A stretch of DNA of 64,000 bases from NCBI GenBank assembly GCA_000004985.1, contig GG738906.1, one strand, 5' to 3'. The notes beneath the pieces were generated by a model that did no database searches, was not told the origin of the DNA, and worked only from the letters and a program-made list of their open reading frames with translations. Each line of letters opens with the position of its first letter. Positions within the stretch are counted from its first letter, which is position 1. A program made the position numbers and the translations under genes. Source of the stretch: Naegleria gruberi. Its lineage: Eukaryota. Positions 33,168 to 43,532 of the stretch are shown here, piece after piece.

Positions 33168-34340
33168 TTACATATAAAAGTGAGAAAAATCCTCATCGTC
33201 ATCATCTAAATCTCTTGGAACTCGGTGATGGTCTGGATTTGGTTGACCACCTCCTCTACCTTGACCTCCAAAAGGTGCATTAGGATAGATTGGATCAAAT
33301 CTAGCACCTGGAATAAAGCCTGGGTTAGGTCTTCTATTATTATTTGAACCTGGAAAGAATAATGGATTGTTTGGACCAACCTGGCTGCCTCCACCAAATG
33401 GAAAACCAGATCCCCTTCCTCCAAAAGGTTGTGGTAAATGACCCAAACCAGGATACAAATCTTCATCACCAATACGATAAGGTCTACCACCAATAGGTGG
33501 TTGAATATATCCTCCTCTTCTTGGAGGGCCAATTCGTAGTGGATCAAAATCGTCATCATCTTCATCATACATACTTCTACTTGGTGGAATGTATTGTCTT
33601 GGTTGACGATCTTCTAATAGAGATGAGGAAACGTTAGTCGTAGTTGCATTATTGGATGATTGTGTGGATGACATGCTAATTGTTTCAAATCCCTCTTTTG
33701 GAACCAGTTTGTTTTGAATTTGAGTTTTAAATTGATATTCCAAGTCTTGTAAATTCTTAAAAACAGAAATAAAATCAATATTATCGTTACTTTGGTTGAT
33801 AACTTCATTAAACTTTTCTCTGTCAATAAACTCAAAAAGATTATTAAACTCCAACTGATAGACTTGTTCTTCTTCTTGTTGTTTGGCATATTGTGACATG
33901 TTCAAGTTTGAATTCTCATTGATATCAATATTTGGGAAAAGTAAAATGGTTGAAAATACTAATAATTTAGTTTGTCCCATCATTAATACTTTTAGAGTAA
34001 AATTAAATGTTCTTTGTGTGTGTTTGTACTTGAGAGAGAACATTTCCACGTTTGAATCAAAGTTGTTCGGAGGAAGAATTTGTCCCTCTGGTAATTCTAC
34101 ACATTGATCAGTTTCATTCAATCCAACACATCTAAATCCATGTTTTAACATTAAAAAGTGTAATACTAATACAAGCCAAGTTTGAGGTTTTGTTTTTTTT
34201 AATTTGTTTTGTAATTCTATATTATTAGTTAGTTGTGGATCGGTTAAATATTCTAAAATATTTGATCGGATCAAAGAACTAGATGATGAAGAATTGTCTT
34301 CTCCGCTGCTGCTGGCGTGGTTATCTGATGATGAAGACAT
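33168..34340 (-). CDS. PSMF1: Proteasome inhibitor PI31-like protein, 390 aa, single exon.
   Basis: N-terminal FP-type domain. C-terminal Pro/Gly-rich region with ...DDDFDPLRIGPPRRGGYIQPP...PGARFDPIYPNAPFGG... (compare PI31 ...GARFDPFGP...). A C-terminal hydrophobic-Tyr-X ending (FYM) resembles the HbYX proteasome-docking motif. Confidence 0.6.
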   Translation of the reverse strand: MSSSSDNHASSSGEDNSSSSSSLIRSNILEYLTDPQLTNNIELQNKLKKTKPQTWLVLVLHFLMLKHGFRCVGLNETDQCVELPEGQILPPNNFDSNVEMFSLKYKHTQRTFNFTLKVLMMGQTKLLVFSTILLFPNIDINENSNLNMSQYAKQQEEEQVYQLEFNNLFEFIDREKFNEVINQSNDNIDFISVFKNLQDLEYQFKTQIQNKLVPKEGFETISMSSTQSSNNATTTNVSSSLLEDRQPRQYIPPSRSMYDEDDDDFDPLRIGPPRRGGYIQPPIGGRPYRIGDEDLYPGLGHLPQPFGGRGSGFPFGGGSQVGPNNPLFFPGSNNNRRPNPGFIPGARFDPIYPNAPFGGQGRGGGQPNPDHHRVPRDLDDDDEDFSHFYM

Positions 34341-34549
34341 TTTTTATTGTTTATTATTAGATTGATTTTTGTTCATTCCAGAAACTGATGGATGCGTTAT
34401 TTTAAAATTTAAAAAAAAAATCCCTTCTGTTTATTCAGGTTGAACAATAAAAAACTCTCTCCGAATTGACTCGAATGGACAAACAATAACATTGTAACAA
34501 TTCCAAATTATATCACATTCAACACATATGAAAATTTTTAATATTCATC

Positions 34550-36769
34550 ATGGCACGGTTACCAAACACTCCGATCATTGTTGATGAATTTAAATACATT
34601 CCCGGATGTTTCATTTATCTATTAACCCATCTTCATACGGATCACACTGGTGGTCTTACTCCAAGTTGGAATAATGGAATAATATTTTGTAGTGAAATAA
34701 CCAAAAGATTACTCTTGAAAAAGTTTCAATTACAAGAACCAGAGAGAATAATTGCTTTAGAGGAGGGACCAACCTATTACATTCCTCTTGTACCACCCAG
34801 TCCAATGCAGGATCACACAGACACGAATTTAAATATTCATCATGATGTTAATATTTGGAGGGATCCATCCTATTGGGTCAAGTTTAACAATAATCCTTCT
34901 TCCTCTCAAAACAATAGCAGTAACTTGTCACAATCAATGTCAGTTGGTATGAATCAAGCCTTGACTGTTTATGATAAGGATACATCTTATATGCAAGTCA
35001 ATATCATTGATGCTAATCACTGTCCAGGAAGTATTATGTTTTTATTGGAAGGCTATTTTGGAAATGTTTTATTTACAGGAGATTTCAGATATGATGCAAG
35101 AATTCTGCAAGCTCCTTGCTTTAGAGACAAGAAAATTGACCACCTCTACCTTGATGACACATTTCTGGATAAAATGTATGATTTTCCAACGAGACAAGAG
35201 GCTGGTAAACAAGTAATAAGTGTTATCAAGTCACTACCAGATACAACTCATATTCTGATTGCGGTTGACCATTTGGGTAAAGAGGAGTTAATGTTGGCTT
35301 TAGCAACTACTTTTCAAACTTTAATAGTTGTGCCCGAAGAAAGATATGAACTATTAGAATGTATGAATGATATTATCCCAATAGATTTATTTACCTGTGA
35401 TCCTAAACAAGGTAGAATTTTTGTAAAATCAAAGAAGGAAGTCAATATGCGGTCAATAATTGAGCACAAAAGAATTTTTGGAGCAACTACTGTTGGTATT
35501 ATTCCATCTGGATGGTCTTCTGCCCAACTCAAAGATCCAACCTCACAATTAATTTATAGAGTACCCTACTCACTCCATTCATCCTATTCGGAAATAATAG
35601 AATTTGTATCCACATTGAAGCCAAAAAATGTGTACAGTACTTCAAAAGATGAAAATTTAGAATTGAGAGATCAAGTTGGAAAATATTGTGATTATAATAC
35701 ACCCCTAAAACCTGTAATTGTTCCACGTTCTGTACTCTCACACATGGAAAGGTCATCCAATATGATTGATCATAAGAAAATTACAAGTGTTTCAAATATT
35801 TCCCCATCATCATCAATAACTAAAGTGTACAGAAAAAGAAAATCATACCCTCCTTCCCATAAGAAGTTTCTAAAAATTATTCCCCAAAATACACAAACCC
35901 AAAATACCAGTATTATTGACCTAACAGACACTGTGAATACATCCCAAATCAATTTAGAAGATACCCAAGATTTACTCTCCCATATGTACAATAGATCAGA
36001 AACAAGCTTTTCATTGCCATCCACCCCAAATAAGAAGAAGGAGTCCCAAAGAATTGTGGGATCATTAGAAGTTTTAGATGTTTTGGACAATTTTGTAAAT
36101 ATTTCTCCTATACCTAGTCCAAAAATTATTAAGCATTCCCCTCACAGAAAACAACTTGCCTCTAAACATTCAATAGAGCAAGTGTTGGTGGACAATAATG
36201 GAATACCAATTCTGGTACCAAAAGATACAAACTTGGAATCTGATGAAATATATAACTTATCACTTTCTCCCCACAGTGGGGATGAAAATGCTTTTGATGA
36301 AAGTGAGATTTTGAATAATATTGATTTAGAACAATCACCAGAGGAAAGTATTATTATTAAAACTGCTAACAATCAGCAGTTGCCATCAAAGAAAAGAAAG
36401 CATGTTGAAACAAGACAAATTTTAGAATTAAGCGATGATGACGAAATAGTACTCAAACCAGCAACCAACAAGACAACATCTCATTATGAATCCAATACAA
36501 AAAAGTTGAAACTTGCGACAAATCTTTCACAGATAGAATTCTCACTAGAGGCTAATCCTGTTGTTGCTCAAGACGAAATTGACAAGAACGAGCCCTATCC
36601 ACAAGGTTACTCACAAATTTCTTGGGATGATTCAGATGAAGATGTAAAATTAATACCACACCAGAAAAACAAAACAAGCCAAACACTCCATAAAACTACA
36701 AAACCAACCAAACAATCCAGTTCCCTCAGTTTGACAGACATTTTCTTTCCTAAAGCGACAAGGCATTAA
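34550..36769 (+). CDS. SNM1/PSO2-family DNA interstrand cross-link repair nuclease (metallo-beta-lactamase + beta-CASP), 739 aa, single exon.
   Basis: MBL motif HLHTDHTGGL, a second His/Asp cluster ...IDANHCPGSIMFL..., and a beta-CASP region. Long Ser/Asn-rich C-terminal tail. Confidence 0.8.
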   Translation: MARLPNTPIIVDEFKYIPGCFIYLLTHLHTDHTGGLTPSWNNGIIFCSEITKRLLLKKFQLQEPERIIALEEGPTYYIPLVPPSPMQDHTDTNLNIHHDVNIWRDPSYWVKFNNNPSSSQNNSSNLSQSMSVGMNQALTVYDKDTSYMQVNIIDANHCPGSIMFLLEGYFGNVLFTGDFRYDARILQAPCFRDKKIDHLYLDDTFLDKMYDFPTRQEAGKQVISVIKSLPDTTHILIAVDHLGKEELMLALATTFQTLIVVPEERYELLECMNDIIPIDLFTCDPKQGRIFVKSKKEVNMRSIIEHKRIFGATTVGIIPSGWSSAQLKDPTSQLIYRVPYSLHSSYSEIIEFVSTLKPKNVYSTSKDENLELRDQVGKYCDYNTPLKPVIVPRSVLSHMERSSNMIDHKKITSVSNISPSSSITKVYRKRKSYPPSHKKFLKIIPQNTQTQNTSIIDLTDTVNTSQINLEDTQDLLSHMYNRSETSFSLPSTPNKKKESQRIVGSLEVLDVLDNFVNISPIPSPKIIKHSPHRKQLASKHSIEQVLVDNNGIPILVPKDTNLESDEIYNLSLSPHSGDENAFDESEILNNIDLEQSPEESIIIKTANNQQLPSKKRKHVETRQILELSDDDEIVLKPATNKTTSHYESNTKKLKLATNLSQIEFSLEANPVVAQDEIDKNEPYPQGYSQISWDDSDEDVKLIPHQKNKTSQTLHKTTKPTKQSSSLSLTDIFFPKATRH

Positions 36770-36803
36770 TAAAATCTTTACTTATTAAAATATGGAAAAT
36801 GGT

Positions 36804-39800
36804 TTATAAATCTTCATTTAGATATGGATTCACAACGCTCTTTTTTTCATTCTTTTTAAAGGTCTCTGTTTGTTTAAATCTCCAATAGACTCCCATCAAC
36901 TGTTCGGTTGTTTCTACTTTGAGAATTGTGATAAGGTCTTCCAGTTCTTGTGCAGTTATAGCCTCATCTTGCTCCTTTCTAATGTGAAACATTCTCATCG
37001 TTTTCCTGCTGATAGAGAGAGGAAAAGGACTGTACTTTTTAAGGAATCTTTTGTAAATCTTCCTCACATGTTGGGATCTCTCAAACATACTGTGATGGAA
37101 ATTACCTTCAAAGGAATAAATGTCAATCAATTGACGATATAAATATACTAGTGGAAGGGTAAATTCTTTCATTGCATAAAATTCAAACAATGGACCCAAT
37201 ACCGGATCATTTACAACATCTAATAATTCACTGTCAGAAGTATTTTGTGTTTCAGATCCTCTAGTGCAACAAAATGTGTGTTTTCTAGCTGTCATACAAG
37301 CTACAAATCCTCCATAAACCAAGAGAATTAATAGCTTAACCATAAAAAGTAAAATAATTGGAGCAATTTCAAGCATGTGTATGTGAGCTTGTCTGCTGTA
37401 GAGTTGGAAAGCAAGAGAACCCTCATTAAAAGTATTGCTATACAGATTTGGATACATTACGTTCATTACATCATAACCTTCTGCTAGAACAAGTAAACTA
37501 GCCATGAACATATAAGCTATCCATTCAATTTTGAAAAGGAAAACATCTCCATTAAAAGTACCTTCAAATTTCAAAAAGTTGTCAGTCTTTACATCATTGA
37601 AATTTAACATTTTCTTCATGAATATTTCCATAAAAATAATAATAGAGAAGCTAACTATTACACTCAATGTAATTAAGCAAGCCCTTATTAAACTAAATAC
37701 TGTAAATACTAATTTAAAGTTAAGAACTGAAACTGAAGCCAGTACTAGTAATATGATATATGTAACCAGTTGGGCAGCATAAAGAGTCAAACATGGCATA
37801 ACTAAATAGGATCTGGAAGTGAATTTAACATATCTACGAATTGAATATTTTTCATCTTTCTCTTGATACTTTTTCATCAAGAATTGGAATCTTTCCTTGT
37901 GGTAGTATTGCCAAATATTCAACATGTAGAGAACTAGCATGGCACAATATAATGGATCGATAACAGTTCTCAAGGCTCCATCTATTGTATCCATGAAAGG
38001 TATTTCAACACCTGTCAAGAAAATATTCATAATCATTCCATCTCTAGTCAAATTGATAAGTGCTTCGAGTATCAGGACTAGAATTCCAAAAAATGGAATA
38101 AAACCTCTAAACTTTAGCGAAATATTGTGTGGTGTCCTTATACTAAGTAGAAAAATAGCTTGTCCAACAGAGAAAATTAAAATTAAAATACAGGATGTAA
38201 TATCTCCCCAAACCTTATTGGTAAAATCTTGGATAAGTTCAACATCTGATGTGTTTGCCTTCAATACAGCAAAAAGGGTGGTATGATTACAAGAGCAATA
38301 AATTCTATTTAGTCCAGGATTGGAATCATCAGTAATCAAACTATCCTTTGGCTTGGAATTACCGAGGAATGAATAAGATGCCACAGTGGTGCATCCCTCC
38401 TTTGACCATTCTTCTGTAGTTTCATTCCAAAAATGGCATCCACCCCCCATCCACAAGTAAGTAGGTAGGTAGACACTTTGATCAGCAAAGAATACCATCT
38501 CTATTGGTGACTTTAAATTTCTCAATTTCAATGATTGTTGATTGTAGAGTAATTCTACACTTATCATTACGTTTCCAAGTATTTTGGAATTGCCTTCTGT
38601 ATTTTTAAAAGTTACAATCTTGAACCCAACAAATTGATCTGTAATGTTCAAAGGAAGTGGAGATATGATGGATGCATCCAACGAGTTGGCCAATGTGCTT
38701 CTTTCTGTATTAGAATGGATAATCTCATCAGAATTCAACTCAATATCAGAAATGAATAGACTTTGTTGTCTAATTTCAGGTGGAAGTTGGATAAGAAGTA
38801 AATTATTGTTCACTTTCCATTCTCTAGTGTCGTTGGAGTAATCAACAGAAACAGAGGCCCCTTCTCCAAATCCAGCACCAATCAGACTACTCAACAAATC
38901 TCTCTTGTAGCTTATTTCTACGTTATTGTTTGTAATGGTTACAGCAGTTGAAGGCGCCGACTCCTCTAAAAGTCTAATAGACAACTGGTGAATCCATTTT
39001 TGGCAAAAACCAGCAAGAACTTGTGATTTAACAATTATTGTGTTGGCGTTTGCTGTTGACAGTAACGAGTCAAGAATAGTAAGGAAAGAATTAGAATATG
39101 TAGAGAATAGAGATGAAAATTCTACTTTAGGATTGTTGACTTCACTAGTTGGTCTCATATCTATGACATCTATTGTTCTGGTGATGAATAAATTTCGTTC
39201 CTTCAAAAAATTTACAAGCAATGGGTGTAAAAGAGAGTCAACTATGAGCGATATAGATCTAGATGATAGATGTGATGGTTTTTTGGTGAGAGAGGAAATT
39301 AGTTGAATTAAATTAATATCCATTCTGAATAGATCAAATAATGAAAGTGCAAAAGTGTTAGAACTATTAAGTGTTTTCAGTTGTTCTCGAGCCGAGATGG
39401 CTGCACTAGCTATTTGTTCTCTAATTATTCCTTCTTCATCAGAATTATTAAAGGCTGCATACTCATTTAGAGTAGTGCACAATTTGTCCAAGTCTAGATA
39501 AATATCTTGAATAATTTTTGGTTCGAAAACTGTTACATTATTTTTCTTCATTAAATCTGTGATGTTTGGCAAAATGTCAATGACTTGCTGTTGAATGTTT
39601 TGAATTTTGGATTTGGTCGCCTTGAGATAATTGTGATCAGTGCTAGTGTTGTTTAGTTTGATATTTCTAGTTCCAATCCAATATCTAAAGTTGTATGATT
39701 CCTTTGATGGATCATTAATTTGTAAAAATATATGGATATCAACTTGATTTGTGTGAGAGTAGGGTAACCAAGTTGTTAACTTGTTCATATGTGTGGAAGT

Positions 39801-41546
39801 GGTCAAGAGCTTCATTGTATCACCTTCAATAGAGTAATAAATCTCATATATTGCAGAGACGCTGGAAGAAGTAATACCAGGAAATTCAATAACAAATTTG
39901 TCTAATAATGGCCTATTAAATCCATCAAGTAATGGATAAATAGAAATTGAACTGCTATCTATAATACTATCTTGTTGCTTTGAAGCAACCTTTCTCCTAA
40001 ATGTTGAATTAACAATGTATATTTGATTGATAATAGCCTTAACGGAGAACTCATAAATATTAGGACTGGAAGAGTATGCCTTCTCATTGCTCAAAAGAGT
40101 TCTAGGTTCTAAATAGAGTACTGAATTAGAGGAAGTCTTTACAATGGTTGGTGTTTCTTGTTGATCTTCACGTCCTAAATAACTCACAGTCCACTCCCAT
40201 TTCAATGAGGTTACACCAGAAAGTAAAACTCCACCCGGAAAAATTTCACCACTCAATACTATTGCCTTTGTTGGATCCATGAATGTGGTGTCGATACTTG
40301 GGAAAATTCTAACTGCCCAATATTCATTGGCATTTAATGTTCGAAGTATGATAAAAGTGGTGTCAGATCTTGAACCAACACTATAATCAAGGCAAATCAC
40401 ATAGGTATTAAAATATTCAAGATTTTCTGTAGGAATATTATAATTTGATTCAAATGTGTTTACAGGTGTTTCAAATGTACAAGGTAGTAATACTGATGAG
40501 GAAATGTCAGATTTCAATTGAGATTTTCCACTCAGCTTGTAGGAATGGCCTTTTATGTAAAAGCATGACCAAATAAAAGACTCTTTAACAAAATCCACTA
40601 GTGGTAAGTTTTCAGGATCATAACTTGTTGAAAAAAGTTGTAAGGACCCATCTGATTGAATTATACTACCAAAATCAGATTCTTTTGGATATAAATTGGA
40701 ACGAGTATTATAAGAGTAAATTGGTAAATACTCTTCATACAATCCTCCATTGATTTGAGCTATAACATTGGATTTTGGCAATCTTTCTACACTAAATGAG
40801 AAGGAAATATACTCCATAGTAATGTTGCTGTTAGAGGAGTTGTATTCACCAATAAAATCAAAATTATAAGGGATGGAAGGCAGTAAATCATTAGTATTGA
40901 CTTTAAGTAAAAGTCCTCGAGTAATAGAATGCGTTAAAGGGTTGGATGTTAATAAACTCAATAAAGAATTGCCATTGCTAATCTTCCAAAAGTAGTTTCG
41001 TTCATTATTTGAAAATCCTGTAGCAGAAGCATTAAAAATTATCTCCTCATGGCTTGAAACTGAAACTAATTGTTGAGAGTGTATTGCCACATTGTTCATG
41101 TAAATTGTCAAATTGTTCAAGCTTGACTGTTCGTTTGCGTTCACAAAAAATCTGCCAGTTGTCACTGTATCCTCCAAAGCATGATAGTAATGGTGGTAAA
41201 TATTGGAAATGTTTTTTTGTTGAACACCAAAAGATTTGAAAAAGTAAGAATTCACTTGTATATCATGAATGTAAGAACTTTTAACTGCGTTTGATACACA
41301 AAGCATGGTTGATAATATCAAGACCAAATGAATCCAAGAAACAATCATGTGCCATATGCCCTTTCCGAATTGCATACTACTATGTATTCTTTTAGGAATT
41401 GATGAAGACATTTTTAAATTCGTAATATTTAATAGTGATTTCTTGTTAAATAATTCTTGTTTAGTCATTTGTTGTTGATGATGTGAGTTCGGAGGACTTT
41501 TTACATAGTAATTTTTTTGCAAATCTTTGGGTGTTTGGTTTTGCAT
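36804..41546 (-). CDS. Adhesion-GPCR-like receptor, 1580 aa, single exon: signal peptide, about 1000-aa N-glycan-rich ectodomain, canonical GAIN/GPS motif, 7 TM helices, cytoplasmic tail.
   Basis: Signal peptide ...IWHMIVSWIHLVLILSTMLCVSNA. GGGCHFWNETTEEWSKEGC...(35 aa)...IYCSCNHTTLFAVL is encoded at about 38262..38460, immediately followed by seven hydrophobic helices (ITSCILILIFSVGQAIFLLSI ... IAPIILLFMVKLLILLVYGGFVACM). The start codon could be the first ATG (41546) or a downstream Met preceding the signal peptide. Confidence 0.75.
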   Translation of the reverse strand: MQNQTPKDLQKNYYVKSPPNSHHQQQMTKQELFNKKSLLNITNLKMSSSIPKRIHSSMQFGKGIWHMIVSWIHLVLILSTMLCVSNAVKSSYIHDIQVNSYFFKSFGVQQKNISNIYHHYYHALEDTVTTGRFFVNANEQSSLNNLTIYMNNVAIHSQQLVSVSSHEEIIFNASATGFSNNERNYFWKISNGNSLLSLLTSNPLTHSITRGLLLKVNTNDLLPSIPYNFDFIGEYNSSNSNITMEYISFSFSVERLPKSNVIAQINGGLYEEYLPIYSYNTRSNLYPKESDFGSIIQSDGSLQLFSTSYDPENLPLVDFVKESFIWSCFYIKGHSYKLSGKSQLKSDISSSVLLPCTFETPVNTFESNYNIPTENLEYFNTYVICLDYSVGSRSDTTFIILRTLNANEYWAVRIFPSIDTTFMDPTKAIVLSGEIFPGGVLLSGVTSLKWEWTVSYLGREDQQETPTIVKTSSNSVLYLEPRTLLSNEKAYSSSPNIYEFSVKAIINQIYIVNSTFRRKVASKQQDSIIDSSSISIYPLLDGFNRPLLDKFVIEFPGITSSSVSAIYEIYYSIEGDTMKLLTTSTHMNKLTTWLPYSHTNQVDIHIFLQINDPSKESYNFRYWIGTRNIKLNNTSTDHNYLKATKSKIQNIQQQVIDILPNITDLMKKNNVTVFEPKIIQDIYLDLDKLCTTLNEYAAFNNSDEEGIIREQIASAAISAREQLKTLNSSNTFALSLFDLFRMDINLIQLISSLTKKPSHLSSRSISLIVDSLLHPLLVNFLKERNLFITRTIDVIDMRPTSEVNNPKVEFSSLFSTYSNSFLTILDSLLSTANANTIIVKSQVLAGFCQKWIHQLSIRLLEESAPSTAVTITNNNVEISYKRDLLSSLIGAGFGEGASVSVDYSNDTREWKVNNNLLLIQLPPEIRQQSLFISDIELNSDEIIHSNTERSTLANSLDASIISPLPLNITDQFVGFKIVTFKNTEGNSKILGNVMISVELLYNQQSLKLRNLKSPIEMVFFADQSVYLPTYLWMGGGCHFWNETTEEWSKEGCTTVASYSFLGNSKPKDSLITDDSNPGLNRIYCSCNHTTLFAVLKANTSDVELIQDFTNKVWGDITSCILILIFSVGQAIFLLSIRTPHNISLKFRGFIPFFGILVLILEALINLTRDGMIMNIFLTGVEIPFMDTIDGALRTVIDPLYCAMLVLYMLNIWQYYHKERFQFLMKKYQEKDEKYSIRRYVKFTSRSYLVMPCLTLYAAQLVTYIILLVLASVSVLNFKLVFTVFSLIRACLITLSVIVSFSIIIFMEIFMKKMLNFNDVKTDNFLKFEGTFNGDVFLFKIEWIAYMFMASLLVLAEGYDVMNVMYPNLYSNTFNEGSLAFQLYSRQAHIHMLEIAPIILLFMVKLLILLVYGGFVACMTARKHTFCCTRGSETQNTSDSELLDVVNDPVLGPLFEFYAMKEFTLPLVYLYRQLIDIYSFEGNFHHSMFERSQHVRKIYKRFLKKYSPFPLSISRKTMRMFHIRKEQDEAITAQELEDLITILKVETTEQLMGVYWRFKQTETFKKNEKKSVVNPYLNEDL

Positions 41547-41560
41547 TTTTTTTAAATTTA

Positions 41561-41794
41561 TTATTGATTTTGAATGGGCTCTTTACAGTGGTAATTGATG
41601 ATTTTTTTATCAATTAACAACTGGAGCTTAGAATTATCTAGAGTTTCTTTGTTTTCCTCTCCACCTTTGGAATTTTCCTCTATAATGTGTTTGAATTGAT
41701 TGTGATCTACTCCAAAACTTTTCCATTGCTCAATATCAGCCAGGAATACTTTTTTGCAAGGTTGTTTGGTTGTTTTGGCCGCTCCAGCAAACAA
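41561..41794 (-). CDS. Small ORF (77 aa) ending 14 nt upstream of the receptor gene's first ATG on the same strand; uORF-like or spurious.
   Basis: ORF only. Confidence 0.15.
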   Translation of the reverse strand: MFAGAAKTTKQPCKKVFLADIEQWKSFGVDHNQFKHIIEENSKGGEENKETLDNSKLQLLIDKKIINYHCKEPIQNQ

Positions 41795-43268
41795 CCAATT
41801 TGGTTGTCCATAACTTGGGATTTAACTTTTTTGAGTGACACACTACCAAAGTTCCACTATCAATGTCCATAAGCTCCTTTCTTTGGATGGGGGCTGATGT
41901 ACAACTTTGGAGGACATAGCTCAATATCCTTACCATTTTCTTTCTTACTGTATCGGTGCAATGTTATTGATCTTGGTTGATGGCTGCCACCAACAAAAAA
42001 TAACTCTAAAGCCCTTCCCTTTGTACTGTTATCCTCTGCTAGAAATTATCTTCCTAAATCTCAAAATCCAATACTTGAAATGTTCAAATTGCTTTCTCCA
42101 AGAAACCATTGAATCACATTGTTATTCCATCTCCAGTCCAGAACTTTTGCAAACAGGTATCAAGAGTGCAAAATCTGAGAAATCATACCAAACACTCTAT
42201 AATGATTTGAATAATCTTCACAAGTCCTGCTTTGCTCACTTGTCCCTCAATGATATTAATCACCAATTTTTGAAAAACTGCTGGTATAGAAGCGGCAACA
42301 AAGGCTATAGAATTAACTGTTTGTTCCCTTAAAAAAGAGCTTACTCTGTCCCTATGTAGGAAACGGCATTTGTTGAAAAGTTTTGCATATCTATTTTTCC
42401 ATTATTAAATGTGTAAGAAAGAAGTCTTGGAATATTATATAATACATCCTGTTTCTCTTTTCAATTCTTTCACTGTTAAGGAGTCCTTTTGTGTTTTTAT
42501 CCAAATATGTGACATGAAAGCATCGTCAGAAAATGATGGAACAATATATCTATACTGGTTCTTGGAAGCATCTCTAAAAGCTGTAGACGGCAAGGTTGAG
42601 TGAGCCTGCGAAGAAAGGGCAGCAAAAAAGATGCTTAATATTAATATATAAAAAAAATATATTGCAACTAAATACTAACAGATTCGTAAATGTATCCAAT
42701 ACTTCACCATTGTGTGTTTGACTATTTGGCTTCCATTGGCAAGCTTAGGTTCGGGCGGTTGTAGTACCCAATCTTTGAAAGAAAAATCTAATCATATCGA
42801 GAGTAAAGTGCCAATGTTTTCAAAAGTGATATTAAATGCTTTCATAAATTTCAAATTTAAGGGACATATTGATGAAATAAAGCCTTTGGAGAAAATAGAA
42901 AAATTGAAGTCTGTAACCATTTCAAGACTAAATTCGAACCATCAAAGTCAATTTGAATTATTATTCTACAGAACTTCTTCTTCTTTCATGCCGAACATTA
43001 TGGTCAATCCACTCTTGTTCTTATCAAAGTGGCAAGATATTTTTGACTGGCAAAAGTTGTTTGACCAATACGTATTTTGTTTTGATACATATTCAGAGTT
43101 GTCACTGATTTCTTACTATTATTTTTACAACATGTAACACTATTGCATCTTGAACGGGTGTTTTTTAACAATAGGTTTTAAGTGTTGTTTCTTGAAGAAC
43201 ATACTGCTAAGAATATTTTCTCATTAAATTGAAATTTCTCAAAAAAACAAAAAAACAACCCATTCAAA

Positions 43269-43532
43269 ATGAATCCACCAACAGAACAAATCGAATCTGT
43301 ATTGCAACCACATCAAATGGTGTATCCTTACAGAAAACGAGCAACACAAACCATCAACACATCTACCATCAACAACAAACAACAAACATCTCCTGAGGAA
43401 GACATTGTTCCTCCCTTATTAATGAATTTCATACCACCTCCTTGTCCAGTTGATAATATTACAAATCCTTCCTTAGCAGCTTTGAAAAGAAATTGTTATT
43501 GGAGAAGGAGATTGTTCTTGCACAATGGATAA
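43269..43532 (+). CDS. Short ORF (87 aa) overlapping the next ORF in the +1 frame. It may be the N-terminal part of the downstream gene (frameshift or sequence error) or an independent small ORF.
   Basis: ATG with an A-rich context at 43269. The downstream frame opens 45 nt before this ORF's stop. No splice-site pair reconciles the two frames (all candidate junctions create stop codons). Confidence 0.25.
   Translation: MNPPTEQIESVLQPHQMVYPYRKRATQTINTSTINNKQQTSPEEDIVPPLLMNFIPPPCPVDNITNPSLAALKRNCYWRRRLFLHNG

Noticed and set aside
42745-42765. ggttcgggcgg, a tRNA T-arm-like GGTTCG motif in the gene-poor gap.
   Set aside because: No acceptor-stem complementarity, anticodon arm or A/B-box spacing could be built around it. 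No other tRNA-like candidates were found in the window.
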